Source: an uncultured virus (IMG/VR IMGVR_UViG_2860823798_000002) (taxonomy: Duplodnaviria; Heunggongvirae; Uroviricota; Caudoviricetes). Taken from it: 63,823 bases of DNA. Below, piece by piece: positions 61,720-63,823 of the stretch (position 1 is the first letter of the stretch; every line of letters begins with the position of its first letter). The position numbers were made by a program, and so were the translations under genes. The stretch lies in IMG/VR virus record IMGVR_UViG_2860823798_000002; one strand, given 5' to 3'. The notes beneath the pieces are model-generated. The model did not search any database. It saw only the letters and a program-made list of their open reading frames with translations, and was not told the DNA's origin.

Positions 61720-63426
61720 TTGGAGGCAGATAAATTGCTTATACTCAAAGGTGATGAGAGATTAACGACAGAGCAAATAATGGGGCTGATTGGGAAGATA
61801 AATGCGATCATTTATGTAAGGGTATCTACAACAGACCAGGCTGAAAAAGGCTATTCACTTGAATCTCAGATTGAAAGGTGTAAAGAGCGAGCATTAACGA
61901 AATTTAAATATAAAGAAAGTGAATTAATCGCTTTAGTGGAACCGGGGGGAATGGGCGATGATCCAAACAGACCTGCCCTCAACCACGCTCTGTACTTATT
62001 AGAAAAAGGTTTGGGGAAAAAGTTTATAGTTCTTCACCCGGATCGGTTAACAAGGGATAATACATTGCAAGGTATAGTTTCACGAAAAATTTGGGGCATG
62101 GGAGTGGATATCGAGTTTATTGAGTTTGAAGTAGATCCAACTAACCCAGAGTCAATGCTTATGTATAATATACAAGGTTCTATAGCTCAATATAACAAAG
62201 CCAAAATCAACGCAAACTCGAAACGAGGAAGAGTGGCCAAAGCTAAGAAGGGTGAGTTCCCATCGTTCAAAAGACTGTTTGGTTATAAGTTTAACAAAGA
62301 GACAGACCTTCCAGAATATGATGAAGAGGAACGGCAGGTTTTATTAGAAATGAAGGACATGTTACTTAATCGTGATATGTCATCTAATGAAATAGCCAAA
62401 GAACTTTCAAAGCGGGGGGTACCTGCACCTGATGGAGATACGTGGTATCAAGCTACAGTAAGTCGAATACTGAAAAACGAAGATTATACAGGTGATTTTT
62501 ATTATGGAAAGAGCAAAGTTGTTCAAATTAATGGTGAAGCAAAGCAGGTTCCAACACCAGAAGAAGAATGGATTTTAATCAAAATACCCCCGATATGGGA
62601 TCATGAGACAAGAGATCAAATTCTAAACAAACTTAAAGAGAATTACAAAGGGAGAAGTCGAAAAACAAGGGATTATTTATTAAAGGGGAAAGCTAAATGT
62701 GGTCGTTGCGGAAGTGCATGTGGCTCAGGTTTTACCTCTAAAACTAAATCAGGTGTTTATAAATATTACTCATGCAGAAGAAAGAATGCAAAAGCTTATC
62801 AAAATGGAAAGAAAATAATTGATTGTCCAGGGAAGAACTGGCGAGTCGATATTGTAGATGATGTGTTTTGGAAATGGTTCAAGAAGTTATTGAAAAATCC
62901 AACGGATTTTTTAGAGCAATTTTTGAGTGAAACATCAAATGAGAAGAAAATTGAGGAGCTGCAACATAAAGTAAATAATTTAACAAAGCAGATTGAGGAG
63001 ATTGATTCTGAAGTTTCGAACTATGTGATCCTGTTTGGGAAAGGGAAAATTAACGAAGATATGTTTGATAAGTTAACTCAGCCGTTAGAACAGAAAAAGG
63101 AATACATCGAAACTGAATTAGAAATAATAAATTCTCAAATTAATGCGAACAAAGATGTTGAAGATAAAAACCAAAAATTAAAGGAATATGTGAGCTCTTT
63201 TTCCGAAATGGTTGATAAAGACCTTTCAATGGATGAAAAAAGAAAGTTCATTGATTTCTTCATTGAGAAAGTGACACTATTTGATGATGATCATATGGAG
63301 ATTGTTTGGAAAGGCGATGGACTTAACAATAACGATGATAAAGTAAGTCTTTACAATGAAGGGGGTGCAATGAAGCTCAACAACTCACATAAAAGATTAA
63401 ACTATGGTCAAACATATGGAGGATAA
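61720..63426 (+). CDS. large serine recombinase (prophage integrase)
   Basis: YVRVSTTDQ; RPAL; DRLTR; Zn-ribbon CGRCG...YYSC...C; coiled coil; start may be TTG 61735. Confidence 0.96.
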   Translation: MEADKLLILKGDERLTTEQIMGLIGKINAIIYVRVSTTDQAEKGYSLESQIERCKERALTKFKYKESELIALVEPGGMGDDPNRPALNHALYLLEKGLGKKFIVLHPDRLTRDNTLQGIVSRKIWGMGVDIEFIEFEVDPTNPESMLMYNIQGSIAQYNKAKINANSKRGRVAKAKKGEFPSFKRLFGYKFNKETDLPEYDEEERQVLLEMKDMLLNRDMSSNEIAKELSKRGVPAPDGDTWYQATVSRILKNEDYTGDFYYGKSKVVQINGEAKQVPTPEEEWILIKIPPIWDHETRDQILNKLKENYKGRSRKTRDYLLKGKAKCGRCGSACGSGFTSKTKSGVYKYYSCRRKNAKAYQNGKKIIDCPGKNWRVDIVDDVFWKWFKKLLKNPTDFLEQFLSETSNEKKIEELQHKVNNLTKQIEEIDSEVSNYVILFGKGKINEDMFDKLTQPLEQKKEYIETELEIINSQINANKDVEDKNQKLKEYVSSFSEMVDKDLSMDEKRKFIDFFIEKVTLFDDDHMEIVWKGDGLNNNDDKVSLYNEGGAMKLNNSHKRLNYGQTYGG

Positions 63427-63430
63427 GCGC
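63385..63430. other. approximate attR junction
   Basis: SpoVK similarity begins at VKHMEDK (~63407); GC content rises abruptly. Confidence 0.7.
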
Positions 63431-63823
63431 AACGAATTCATTTTAATCCTCGCCGGATATTCGCGGGAAATGGATCATTTTCTTTCATTAAACCCGGGCC
63501 TTCAGTCAAGGTTTCCGATCAGCATCGATTTTCCCGATTACTCAGTCAGCCAGCTGATGGACATTGCAAAACGGATGATGGCGGAAAGGGAATATCAGTT
63601 CAGCCCTGAGGCTGAATGGAAGCTGAAAGACCATCTGATGGCCGTCAAAAGTACGGTCAGCCCCGCGAAGTTCAGCAATGGCCGTTTCGTCCGCAACCTG
63701 ATCGAAAAATCCATCCGGTCGCAGGCGATGAGACTGCTGATGGGAGACTGCTACTTAAAGAATGACTTGATAACCATCAAAAGCCAGGATCTCGACTTGA
63801 AGGAAGACGCGCCGCACGTATAA
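63404..63823 (+). pseudogene. spoVK: 3' part of spoVK (AAA+ sporulation ATPase), split by the prophage
   Basis: VKHMEDK..FILILAGY..EMDHFLSLNPGLQSRFP..FSNGRFVRN; the N-terminal Walker region is absent. Confidence 0.93.

Larger units (their letters stand above)
1..63403. mobile_element. SPbeta-like prophage (right part), integrated in spoVK
   Basis: aimR-aimP-sro, yorF-yorL, nrdIEF, sspC and recU follow SPbeta order; terminal large serine recombinase; abrupt switch to GC-richer host spoVK at ~63,404. Left end lies outside the window. Confidence 0.95.

Noticed and set aside
1..63823. CRISPR array, tRNA or rRNA genes
   Set aside because: No regularly spaced direct repeats or cloverleaf/rRNA signatures seen; the dispersed palindrome is separated by whole genes.

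Overview
Most of the window (1 to ~63,403) is the early/accessory and replication part of a large SPbeta-like Bacillus prophage, ending at its right junction in the host sporulation gene spoVK (3' half at ~63,404-63,823; the GC-richer host DNA suggests the B. licheniformis group, by inference). From left to right it contains: (1) an accessory island with RES and HEPN/ApeA-like genes and an S8 protease-toxin-immunity cassette; (2) an arbitrium module (aimR, aimP encoding GFTVGA, sroA/B/D/E/F-like genes); (3) small early genes, a RecD-like helicase, a SLOG protein and ligB; (4) the yorF-yorL replisome, whose dnaE carries a group I intron with an HNH endonuclease; (5) a MazE mimic (yosL-like) and nrdI/nrdE/nrdF, with a group I intron and an intein in nrdE; (6) a frameshifted dUTPase, thyA, sspC, NADAR, recU, a candidate RDF and a large serine integrase. 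The most striking unexplained signal is a 16-bp interrupted palindrome, TAAAA-N6-TTTTA, with a variable spacer. I found 17 exact and several near-exact copies at the boundaries of accessory genes, often starting at the upstream stop codon, which suggests an integron-like gene-cassette system or a dispersed binding-site network. All family assignments come from motif recognition and synteny with SPbeta; no database searches were run.
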